A stretch of DNA of 64,000 nucleotides from the NCBI RefSeq assembly GCF_009914755.1, contig NC_060925.1; one strand, given 5' to 3'. Source of the DNA: the human T2T-CHM13v2.0 reference genome, Homo sapiens. Of this stretch, positions 43,417 to 57,000 are shown piece after piece. Within the stretch, counting starts at the first letter, position 1; each line of letters opens with the position of its first letter. The notes beneath the pieces were generated by a model. The model was not told the origin of the DNA, ran no database searches, and was given only the letters and a program-made list of their open reading frames with translations. Position numbers and translations under genes: made by a program.

Positions 43417-44724
43417 ATGGAATCGTCATCGAATGAATTGAATGCAATCATCGAATGGTCTCGAATGGAATCATCTTCAAATGGAATGGAATGGAATCAT
43501 CGCATAGAATCGAATGGAATTATCATCGAATGGAATCGAATGGAATCAACATCAAACGGAAAAAAACGGAATTATCGAATGGAATCGAAGAGAATCATCG
43601 AATGGACCCGAATGGAATCATCTAATGGAATGGAATGGAATAATCCATGGACTCGAATGCAATCATCATCGAATGGAATCGAATGGAATCATCGAATGGA
43701 CTCGAATGGAATAATCATTGAACGGAATCGAATGGAATCATCATCGGATGGAAATGAATGGAATCATCATCGAATGGAATCGAATAGAATTATGGAATGA
43801 AATCCAGTGTGATCATCATCGAATGGACCCGAATGGAATCATCATCCAACGGAAGCTAATGGAATCAACATCGAATGAATCGAATGGAAACACCATCGAA
43901 TTGAAACGAATGGAATTACCATGAAATTGAAATGGATGGACTCATCATCGAATGGATTCGAATGGAATCATCGAATAAAATTGATTGAAATCATCATCGA
44001 ATGGTATCGAATGGTATCATTGAATGGAATCGAATGGAATCATCATCAGATGGAAATGAATGGAATCGTCATAGAATGGAATCGAATGGATTCATTGAAT
44101 GCAATCAGATGGAATCATCGAATGGACTGGAATGGAATCATTGAATGGACTCGAAAGGGATCATTTTTGAATGGAATTGAATGGAATCATCGAATGGTCT
44201 CGATTGGAATCATTATCACATGGAATCGAATGGAATCACCGAATAGAATCGAATGGAACAATCATCGAATGGACTCAAATGGAATTATCCTCAAATGGAA
44301 TTGAATGGAATTATCGAATGCAATCGAATGGAATTATCGAATGCAATCGAATAGAATCATCGAATGGACTCGAATGGAATCATCGAATGGAACGGAATGG
44401 AACAGTCAATGAACTCGAATGAAATCATCATTGAATGGAATCGAATGGAATCATCGAGTGGAATCGAATGGAATTATGATCAAATGGAATCGAATATAAT
44501 CACCATCAAATGGAATCAAAAATAACCATCATCAATTGGTACTGAATGGAATTGTCATCAAATGGAATTCAAAGGAATCATCATCAAATGGAACTGAATG
44601 GAATCCTCATTGAATGGAAATGAAAGGGGTCATCATCTAATGGAATCGCATGGAATCATCATCAAATGGAATCGAATGGAATCATCATCAAATGGAATCT
44701 GATGGAATCATTGAACAGAATTGA
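43417..44724 (+). repeat. 1308-bp variant unit with an early A-to-B switch
   Basis: A-type CAGAATTG and TGAATGCA, then B-type TTCAAATGGAATGG from about 43476. Confidence 0.88.
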
Positions 44725-46647
44725 ATGGAATCGTCATCGAATGAATTGAATGCAATCATCGAATGATCTCGAATGTAATCACATTCTAATGGAAAGGAAT
44801 GGAATCATCGCATAGAATCGAATGGAATTAACATTGAATGGACTCGAATGGAATCAACATCAAACGGAATCAAGCGGAATTATCGAATGGAATCGAAGAG
44901 AATCATCGAATGGTCTCGAATGGAAGCATCTTCTAATGGAAAGGAATGGAATCATCGCATAGAATCGAATGGAATAAACATTGAATGGACTCGAATGGAA
45001 TCAACATCAAATGGAATCAAGCGGAATTATCGAATGAAATCGAAGAGAATCATCGAATGGACTCGAATGGAATCATCTAATGGAATGGAATGGAATAATC
45101 CACGGACTCGAATGCAATCATCATCGTATAGAATCGAATGGAATCATCGAATGGACTCGAATGGAATAACCATTGAACGGAATCGAATGGAATCATCATC
45201 GGATGGAAACGAATGGAATCATCATCGAAGGGAAATGTAAGGAGTCATCATCTAATGGAATTGCATGGAATCATCATAAAATGGAATCGAATGGAATCAT
45301 CATCAAATGGAATCAAATGGAATCATTGAACGGAATTGAATGGAATCGTCATCGAATGAATTGAATGCAATCATCGAATGGTCTCGAATGGAATCATCTT
45401 CAAATGGAATGGAATGGAATCATCGCATAGAATCGAATGGAATTATCATCGAATGGAATCGAATGGTATCAACATCAAACGGAAAAAAACGGAATTATCG
45501 AATGGAATCGAAGAGAATCTTCGAACGGACCCGAATGGAATCGTCTAATGGAATGGAATGGAATAATCCATGGACTCGAATGCAATCATCATCGAATGGA
45601 ATCGAATGGAATCATCGAATGGACTTGAATGGAATAATCATTGAACGGAATCGAATGGAATCATCATCGGATGGAAACGAATGGAATCATCATCGAATGG
45701 AATCGAATAGAATTATGGAATGAAATCCAGTGTGATCATCATCGAATGGACCCGAATGGAATCATCATCCAACGGAAGCTAATGGAATCAACATCGAATG
45801 AATCGAATGGAAACACCATCGAATTGAAACGAATGGAATTACCATGAAATTGAAATGGATGGACTCATCATCGAATGGATTCGAATGGAATCATCGAATA
45901 AAATTGATTGAAATCATCATCCAATGGAATCGAATGGTATCATTGAATGGAATCGAATGGAATCATCATCAGATGGAAATGAATGGAATCGTCATAGAAT
46001 GGAATCGAATGGATTCATTGAATGGAATCAGATGGAATCATCGAATGGACTGGAATGGAATCATTGAATGGACACGAAAGGGATCATTATTGAATGGAAT
46101 TGAATGGAATCATCGAATGGTCTCGATTGGAATCATTATCAAATGGAATCGAATGGAATCACCGAATAGAATCGAATGGAACAATCATCGAATGGACTCA
46201 AATGGAATTATCCTCAAATGGAATCGAATGGAATTATCGAATGCAATCGAATGGAATTATCGAATGCAATCGAATAGAATCATCGAATGGACTCGAATGG
46301 AATCATCGAATGGAATGGAATGGAACAGTCAATGAACTCGAATGGAATCATCATTGAATGGAATCGAATGGAATCATCGAGTGGAATCGAATGGAATTAT
46401 GATCAAATGGAATCAAATGTAATCATCATCAAATGGAATCAAAAATAACCATCATCAATTGGTATTGAATGGAATTGTCATCAAATGGAATTCAAAGGAA
46501 TCATCATCAAATGGAACCGAATGGAATCCTCATTGAATGGAAATGAAAGGAGTCATCATCTAATGGAATCACATGGAATCATCACCAAATGGAATCGAAT
46601 GGAATCATCATCAAATGGAATCTAAGGGAATCATTGAACAGAATTGA
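44725..46647 (+). repeat. 1923-bp variant unit: divergent 615-bp module plus a hybrid second module
   Basis: Module starts at 44725 and 45340; 1776+147=1923. Confidence 0.88.
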
Positions 46648-48390
46648 ATGGAATCGTCATCGAATGAATTGAATGCAATCATCGAATGGTCTCGAATGGA
46701 ATCATCTTCAAATGGAAAGGAATGGAATCATCGCATAGAATCGAATGGAATTATCATCGAATGGAATCGAATGGTATCAACATCAAACGGAAAAAAACGG
46801 AATTATGGAATGGAATCGAAGAGAATCTTCGAACGGACCCGAATGGAATCATCTAATGGAATGGAATGGAATAATCCATGGACTGGAAGGCAATCATCAT
46901 CGAATGGAATCGAATGGAATCATCGAATGGACTCGAATGGAATAATCATTGAACGGAATCGAATGGAATCATCTTCGGATGGAAACGAATGGAATCATCA
47001 TCGAATGGAAATGAAAGGAGTCATCATCTAATGGAATTGCATGGAATCATCATAAAATGGAATCGAATGGAATCTACATCAAATGGAATCAAATGGAATC
47101 ATTGAACGGAATTGAATGGAATCGTCATCGAATGAATTCAATGCAATCATCGAATGGTCTCGAATGGAATCATCTTCAAATGGAATGGAATGGAATCATC
47201 GCATAGAATCGAGTGGAATTATCATCGAATTGAGTCGAATGGAATCAACATCAAACGGAAAAAAACGGAATTATCGAATGGAATCGAAGAGAATCTTCGA
47301 ACGGACCCGAATGGAATCACCTAATGGAATGGAATGGAATAATCTATGGACTCGAATGCAATCATCATCGAATGGAATCATCAAATGGACTCGAATGGAA
47401 TAATCATTGAACGGAATCGAATGGAATAATCATAAGATGGAAATGAATGGAATCATCATCGAATGGAATCGAATAGAATTATGGAATGAAATCCAGTGTG
47501 ATCATCATCGAATGGACCCAAATGGAATCATCATCCAACGGAATCTAATGGAATCAACATCGAATGAATCGAATGGAAACACCATCGAATTGAAACGAAT
47601 GGAATTATCATGAAATTGAAATGGATGGACTCATCATCGAATGGATTCGAATGGAATCATCGAATAAAATTGATTGAAATCATCATCAAATGGAATCGAA
47701 TGGTATCATTGAATGGAATCGAATGGAATCATCATCAGATGGAAATGAATGGAATCGTCATAGAATGGAATCGAATGGATTCATTGAATGGAATCAGATG
47801 GAATCATCGAATGGACTGGAATGGAATCATTGAATGGACTCGAAAGGGATCATTATTGAATGGAATTGAATGGAATCATCGAATGGTCTCGATTGGAATC
47901 ATTATCAAATGGAAACGAATGGAATCACCGAATAGAATCGAATGGAACAATCATCGAATGGACTCAAATGGAATCATTCTCAAATGGAATGGAATGGAAT
48001 TATCGAATGCAATCGAATAGAATCATCGAATGGACTCGAATGGAATCATCGAATGGAATGGAATGGAACAGTCAATGAACTCGAATGGAATCATCATTGA
48101 ATGGAATCGAATGGAATCATCGAGTGGAATCGAATGGAATTATGATCAAATGGAATCTAATGTAATAATCATCAAATGGAATCAAAAATAACCATCATCA
48201 ATTGGTATTGAATGGAAATGTCATCAAATGGAATTCAAAGGAATCATCATCAAATGGAACCGAATGGAATCCTCATTGAATGGAAATGAAAGGGGTCATC
48301 ATCTAATGGAATCGCATGGAATCATCATCAAATGGAATCGAATGGAATCATCATCAAATGGAATCTAATAGAATCATTGAAAAGAATTGA
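46648..48390 (+). repeat. 1743-bp divergent unit (10-bp and 23-bp losses)
   Basis: One decamer is missing at about 47370, and there is a single 23-mer at about 47992-48014; 1776-33=1743. Confidence 0.85.
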
Positions 48391-51005
48391 ATGGAATCGT
48401 CATCGAATGAATTGAATGCAATCATCGAATGGTCTCGAATGGAATCATCTTCTAATGGAAAGGAATGGAATCATCGCATAGAATCGAATGGAATTATCAT
48501 CGAATGGACTCGAATGGTATCAACACCAAACGGAAAAAAACGGAATTATCGAATGGAATCGAAGAGAATCTTCGAACGGACCCGAATGGAATCATCTAAT
48601 GGAATGGAATGGAATAATCCATGGACTCGAATGCAATCATCATCGAATGGAATCGAATGGAATCATCCAATGGACTCGAATGGAATAATCATTGAACGGA
48701 ATCGAATGGAATCATCATCGGATGGAAATGAATGGAATCATCATCGAATGGAATCGAATAGAATTATGGAATGAAATCCAGTGTGATCATCATCGAATGG
48801 ACCCGAATGGAATCATCATCCAACGGAAGCTAATGGAATCAACATCGAATGAATCAAATGGAAACACCATCGAATTGAAACGAATGGAATTATCATGAAA
48901 TTGAAATGGATGGACTCATCATCGAATGGATTTGAATGGAATCATCGAATAAAATTGATTGAAATCATCATCGAATGGAATCGAATGGTATCATTGAATG
49001 GAATCGAATGGAATCATCATCAGATGGAAATGAATGGAATCGTCATAGAATGGAATCGAATGGATTCATTGAATGGAATCAGATGGAATCATCGAATGGA
49101 CTGGAATGGAATCATTGAATGGACTCGAAAGGGATCATTATTGAATGGAATTGAATGGAATCATCGAATGGTCTCGATTGGAATCATTATCAAATGGAAA
49201 CGAATGGAATCACCGAATAGAATCGAATGGAACAATCATCGAATGGACTCAAATGGAAGTATCCTCAAATGGAATCGAATGGAATTATCGAATGCAATCG
49301 AATGGAATTATCGAATGCAATCGAATAGAATCATCGAATGGACTCGAATGAATCATCGAATGGAATGGAATGGAACAGTCAATGAACTCGAATGGAATCA
49401 TCATTGAATGGAATCGAATGGAATCATCGAGTGGAATCGAATGGAATTATGATCAAATGGAATCGAATATAATCATCATCAAATGGAATCAAAAATAACC
49501 ATCATCAATTGGTATTGAATGGAATTGTCATCAAATGGAATTCAAAGGAATCATCATCAAATGGAACCGAATGGAATCCTCATTGAATGGAAATGAAAGG
49601 GGTCATCATCTAATGGAATCGCATGGAATCATCATCAAATGGAATCGAATGGAATCATCATCAAATGGAATCTAATGGAATCATTGAACAGAATTGAATG
49701 GAATCGTCATCGAATGAATTGAATGCAATCATCGAATGGTCTCGAATGGAATCATCTTCTAATGGAAAGGAATGGAATCATCGCATAGAATCGAATGGAA
49801 TTATCATCGAATGGAATCGAATGGTATCAACACCAAACGGAAAAAAACGGAATTATCGAATGGAATCGAAGAGAATCTTCGAACGGACCCGAATGGAATC
49901 ATCTAATGGAATGGAATGGAATAATCCATGGACTCGAATGCAATCATCATCGAATGGAATGGAATGGAATCATCGAATGGACTCGAATGGAATAATCATT
50001 GAACGGAATCGAATGGAATCATCATCGGATGGAAATGAATGGAATCATCATCGAATGGAATCGAATAGAATTATGGAATGAAATCCAGTGTGATCATCAT
50101 CGAATGGACCCGAATGGAATCATCATCCAACGGAAGCTAATGGAATCAACATCGAATGAATCGAATGGAAACACCATCGAATTGAAACGAATGGAATTAT
50201 CATGAAATTGAAATGGATGGACTCATCATCGAATGGATTCGAATGGAATCATCGAATAAAATTGATTGAAATCATCATCCAATGGAATCGAATGGTATCA
50301 TTGAATGGAATCGAATGGAATCATCATCAGATGGAAATGAATGGAATCGTCATAGAATGGAATCGAATGGATTCATTGAATGGAATCAGATGGAATCATC
50401 GAATGGACTGGAATGGAATCATTGAATGGACTCGAAAGGGATCATGATTGAATGGAATTGAATGGAATCATCGAATGGTCTCGATTGGAATCATTATCAA
50501 ATGGAATCGAATGGAATCACCGAATAGAATCGAATGGAACAATCATCGAATGGACTCAAATGGAATTATCCTCCAATGGAATCGAATGGAATTATCGAAT
50601 GCAATCGAATGGAATTATCGAATGCAATCGAATAGAATCATCGAATGGACTCGAATGGAATCATTGAATGGAATGGAATGGAACAGTCAATGAACTCGAA
50701 TGGAATCATCATTGAATGGAATCGAATGGAATCATCGAGTGGAATCGAATGGAATTATGATCAAATGGAATCGAATGTAATCATCATCAAATGGAATCAA
50801 AAATAACCATCATCAATTGGTATTGAATGGAATTGTCATCAAATGGAATTCAAAGGAATCATCATCAAATGGAACCGAATGGAATCCTCATTGAATGGAA
50901 ATGAAAGGGGTCATCATCTAATGGAATCGCATGGAATCATCATCAAATGGAATCGAATGGAATCATCATCAAATGGAATCTAATGGAATCATTGAACAGA
51001 ATTGA
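48391..51005 (+). repeat. 1307-bp and 1308-bp single-module units
   Basis: Starts at 48391, 49698 and 51006. There is a 1-bp deletion (CTCGAATGAATC) at about 49350. Confidence 0.88.
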
Positions 51006-54000
51006 ATGGAATCGTCATCGAATGAATTGAATGCAATCATCGAATGGTCTCGAATGGAATCATCTTCTAATGGAAAGGAATGGAATCATCGCATAGAATC
51101 GAATGGAATTATCATCGAATGGAATCGAATGGTATCAACACCAAACGGAAAAAAACGGAATTATCGAATGGAATCGAAGAGAATCTTCGAACGGACACGA
51201 ATGGAATCATCTAATGGAATGGAATGGAATAATCCATGGACTCGAATGCAATCATCATCGAATGGAATGGAATGGAATCATCGAATGGACTCGAATGGAA
51301 TAATCATTGAACGGAATCGAATGGAATCATCATCGGATGGAAACGAATGGAATCATCATCGAATGGAAATGAAAGGAGTCATCATCTAATGGAATTGCAT
51401 GGAATCATCATAAAATGGAATCGAATGGAATCAACATCAAATGGAATCAAATGGAATCATTGAACGGAATTGAATGGAATCGTCATCGAATGAATTGACT
51501 GCAATCATCGAATGGTCTCGAATGGAATCATCTTCAAATGGAATGGAATGGAATCATCGCATAGAATCGAATGGAATTATCATCGAATGGAATCGAATGG
51601 AATCAACATCAAACGGAAAAAAACGGAATTATCGAATGGAATCGAAGAGAATCATCGAATGGACCCGAATGGAATCATCTAATGGAATGGAATGGAATAA
51701 TCCATGGACTCGAATGCAATCATCATCGAATGGAATCGAATGGAATCATCGAATGGACTCGAATGGAATAATCATTGAACGGAATCGAATGGAATCATCA
51801 TCGGATGGAAATGAATGGAATCATCATCGAATGGAATCGAATAGAATTATGGAATGAAATCCAGTGTGATCATCATCGAATGGACCCGAATGGAATCATC
51901 ATCCAACGGAAGCTAATGGAATCAACATCGAATGAATCGAATGGAAACACCATCGAATTGAAACGAATGGAATTATCATGAAATTGAAATGGATGGACTC
52001 ATCATCGAATGGATTCGAATGGAATCATCGAATAAAATTGATTGAAATCATCATCCAATGGAATCGAATGGTATCATTGAATGGAATCGAATGGAATCAT
52101 CATCAGTTGGAAATGAATGGAATCGTCTTAGAATGGAATCGAATGGATTCATTGAATGGAATCAGATGGAATCATCGAATGGACTGGAATGGAATCATTG
52201 AATGGACTCGAAAGGGATCATGATTGAATGGAATTGAATGGAATCATCGAATGGTCTCGATTGGAATCATTATCAAATGGAATCGAATGGAATCACCGAA
52301 TAGAATCGAATGGAACAATCATCGAATGGAATCAAATGGAATTATCCTCAAATGGAATCGAATGGAATTATCGAATGCAATCGAATGGAATTATCGAATG
52401 CAATCGAATAGAATCATCGAAAGGACTCGAATGGAATCATCGAATGGAATGGAATGGAACAGTCAATGAACTCGAATGGAATCATCATTGAATGGAATCG
52501 AATGGAATCATCGAGTGGAATCGAATGGAATTATGATCAAATGGAATCGAATGTAATCATCATCAAATGGAATCAAAAATAACCATCATCAATTGGTATT
52601 GAATGGAATTGTCATCAAATGGAATTCAAAGGAATCATCATCAAATGGAACCGAATGGAATCCTCATTGAATGGAAATGAAAGGGGTCATCATCTAATGG
52701 AATCGCATGGAATCATCATCAAATGGAATCGAATGGAATCATCATCAAATGGAATCTAATGGAATCATTGAACAGAATTGAATGGAATCGTCATCGAATG
52801 AATTGAATGCAATCATCGAATGGTCTCGAATGGAATCATCTTCTAATGGAAAGGAATGGAATCATCGCATAGAATCGAATGGAATTATCATCGAATGGAA
52901 TCGAATGGTATCAACACCAAACGGAAAAAAACGGAATTATCGAATGGAATCGAAGAGAATCTTCGAACGGACCCGAATGGAATCATCTAATGGAATGGAA
53001 TGGAATAATCCATGGACTCGAATGCAATCATCATCGAATGGAATGGAATGGAATCATCGAATGGACTCGAATGGAATAATCATTGAACGGAATCGAATGG
53101 AATCATCATCGGATGGAAACGAATGGAATCATCATCGAATGGAAATGAAAGGAGTCATCATCTAATGGAATTGCATGGAATCATCATAAAATGGAATCGA
53201 ATGGAATCAACATCAAATGGAATCAAATGGAATCATTGAACGGAATTGAATGGAATCGTCATCGAATGAATTGACTGCAATCATCGAATGGTCTCGAATG
53301 GAATCATCTTCAAATGGAATGGAATGGAATCATCGCATAGAATCGAATGGAATTATCATCGAATGGAATCGAATGGAATCAACATCAAACGGAAAAAAAC
53401 GGAATTATCGAATGGAATCGAAGAGAATCATCGAATGGACCCGAATGGAATCATCTAATGGAATGGAATGGAATAATCCATGGACTCGAATGCAATCATC
53501 ATCGAATGGAATCGAATGGAATCATCGAATGGACTCGAATGGAATAATCATTGAACGGAATCGAATGGAATCATCATCGGATGGAAATGAATGGAATCAT
53601 CATCGAATGGAATCGAATAGAATTATGGAATGAAATCCAGTGTGATCATCATCGAATGGACCCGAATGGAATCATCATCCAACGGAAGCTAATGGAATCA
53701 ACATCGAATGAATCGAATGGAAACACCATCGAATTGAAACGAATGGAATTATCATGAAATTGAAATGGATGGACTCATCATCGAATGGATTCGAATGGAA
53801 TCATCGAATAAAATTGATTGAAATCATCATCGAATGGAATCGAATGGTGTCATTGAATGGAAACGAATGGAATCATCATCAGATGGAAATGAATGGAATC
53901 GTCATAGAATGGAATCGAATGGATTCATTGAATGGAATCAGATGGAATCATCGAATGGACTGGAATGGAATCATTGAATGGACTCGAAAGGGATCATGAT

Positions 54001-57000
54001 TGAATGGAATTGAATGGAATCATCGAATGGTCTCGATTGGAATCATTATCAAATGGAATCGAATGGAATCACCGAATAGAATCGAATGGAACAATCATCG
54101 AATGGACTCAAATGGAATTATCCTCAAATGGAATCGAATGGAATTATCGAATGCAATCGAATGGAATTATCGAATGCAATCGAATAGAATCATCAAAAGG
54201 ACTCGAATGGAATCATCGAATGGAATGGAATGGAACAGTCAATGAACTCGAATGGAATCATCATTGAATGGAATCGAATGGAATCATCGAGTGGAATCGA
54301 ATGGAATTATGATCAAATGGAATCGAATGTAATCATCATCAAATGGAATCAAAAATAACCATCATCAATTGGTATTGAATGGAATTGTCATCAAATGGAA
54401 TTCAAAGGAATCATCATCAAATGGAACCGAATGGAATCCTCATTGAATGGAAATGAAAGGGGTCATCATCTAATGGAATCGCATGGAATCATCATCAAAT
54501 GGAATCGAATGGAATCATCATCAAATGGAATCTAATGGAATCATTGAACAGAATTGAATGGAATCGTCATCGAATGAATTGAATGCAATCATCGAATGGT
54601 CTCGAATGGAATCATCTTCTAATGGAAAGGAATGGAATCATCGCATAGAATCGAATGGAATTATCATCGAATGGAATCGAATGGTATCAACACCAAACGG
54701 AAAAAAACGGAATTATCGAATGGAATCGAAGAGAATCTTCGAACGGACCCGAATGGAATCATCTAATGGAATGGAATGGAATAATCCATGGACTCGAATG
54801 CAATCATCATCGAATGGAATGGAATGGAATCATCGAATGGACTCGAATGGAATAATCATTGAACGGAATCGAATGGAATCATCATCGGATGGAAACGAAT
54901 GGAATCATCATCGAATGGAAATGAAAGGAGTCATCATCTAATGGAATTGCATGGAATCATCATCAAATGGAATCGAATGGAATCAACATCAAATGGAATC
55001 AAATGGAATCATTGAACGGAATTGAATGGAATCGTCATCGAATGAATTGACTGCAATCATCGAATGTTCTCGAATGGAATCATCTTCAAATGGAATGGAA
55101 TGGAATCATCGCATAGAATCGAATGGAATTATCATCGAATGGAATCGAATGGAATCAACATCAAACGGAAAAAAACGGAATTATCGTATGGAATCGAAGA
55201 GAATCATCGAATGGACCCGAATGGAATCATCTAATGGAATGGAATGGAATAGTCCATGGACTCGAATGCAATCATCATCGAATGAAATCGAATGGAATCA
55301 TCGAATGGACTCGAATGGAATAATCATTGAACGGAATCGAATGGAATCATCATCGGATGGAAATGAATGGAATCATCATCGAATGGAATCGAATAGAATT
55401 ATGGAATGAAATCCAGTGTGATCATCATCGAATGGACCCGAATGGAATCATCATCCAACGGAAGCTAATGGAATCAACATCGAATGAATCGAATGGAAAC
55501 ACCATCGAATTGAAACGAATGGAATTATCATGAAATTGAAATGGATGGACTCATCATCGAATGGATTCGAATGGAATCATCGAATAAAATTGATTGAAAT
55601 CATCATCCAATGGAATCGAATGGTGTCATTGAATGGAATCGAATGGAATCATCATCAGATGGAAATGAATGGAATCGTCATAGAATGGAATCGAATGGAT
55701 TCATTGAATGGAATCAGATGGAATCATCGAATGGACTGGAATGGAATCATTGAATGGACTCGAAAGGGATCATGATTGAATGGAATTGAATGGAATCATC
55801 GAATGGTCTCGATTGGAATCATTACCAAATGGAATCGAATGGAATCACCGAATAGAATCGAATGGAACAATCATCGAATGGACTCAAATGGAATTATCCT
55901 CCAATGGAATCGAATGGAATTATCGAATGCAATCGAATGGAATTATCGAATGCAATCGAATAGAATCATCGAATGGACTCGAATGGAATCACCGAATGGA
56001 ATGGAATGGAACAGTCAATGAACTCGAATGGAATCATCATTGAATGGAATCGAATGGAATCATCGAGTGGAATCGAATGGAATTATGATCAAATGGAATC
56101 GAATGTAATCATCATCAAATGGAATCAAAAATAACCATCATCAATTGGTATTGAATGGAATTGTCATCAAATGGAATTCAAAGGAATCATCATCAAATGG
56201 AACCGAATGGAATCCTCATTGAATGGAAATGAAAGGGGTCATCATCTAATGGAATCGCATGGAATCATCATCAAATGGAATCGAATGGAATCATCATCAA
56301 ATGGAATCTAATGGAATCATTGAACAGAATTGAATGGAATCGTCATCGAATGAATTGAATGCAATCATCGAATGGTCTCGAATGGAATCATCTTCTAATG
56401 GAAAGGAATGGAATCATCGCATAGAATCGAATGGAATTATCATCGAATGGAATCGAATGGTATCAACACCAAACGGAAAAAAACGGAATTATCGAATGGA
56501 ATCGAAGAGAATCTTCGAACGGACCCGAATGGAATCATCTAATGGAATGGAATGGAACAATCCATGGACTCGAATACAATCATCATCGAATGGAATGGAA
56601 TGGAGTCATCGAATGGACTCGAATGGAATAATCATTGAACGGAATCGAATGGAATCATCATCGGATGGAAACGAATGGAATCATCATCGAATGGAAATGA
56701 AAGGAGTCATCATCTAATGGAATTGCATGGAATCATCATAAAATGGAATCGAATGGAATCAACATCAAATGGAATCAAATGGAATCATTGAATGGAATTG
56801 AATGGAATCGTCATCGAATGAATTGACTGCAATCATCGAATGGTCTCGAATGGAATCATCTTCAAATGAAATGGAATGGAATCATCGCATAGAATCGAAT
56901 GGAATTATCATCGAATGGAATTGAATGGAATCAACATCAAACGGAAAAAAACAGAATTATCGTATGGAATCTAAGAGAATCATCGAATGGACCCGAATGG

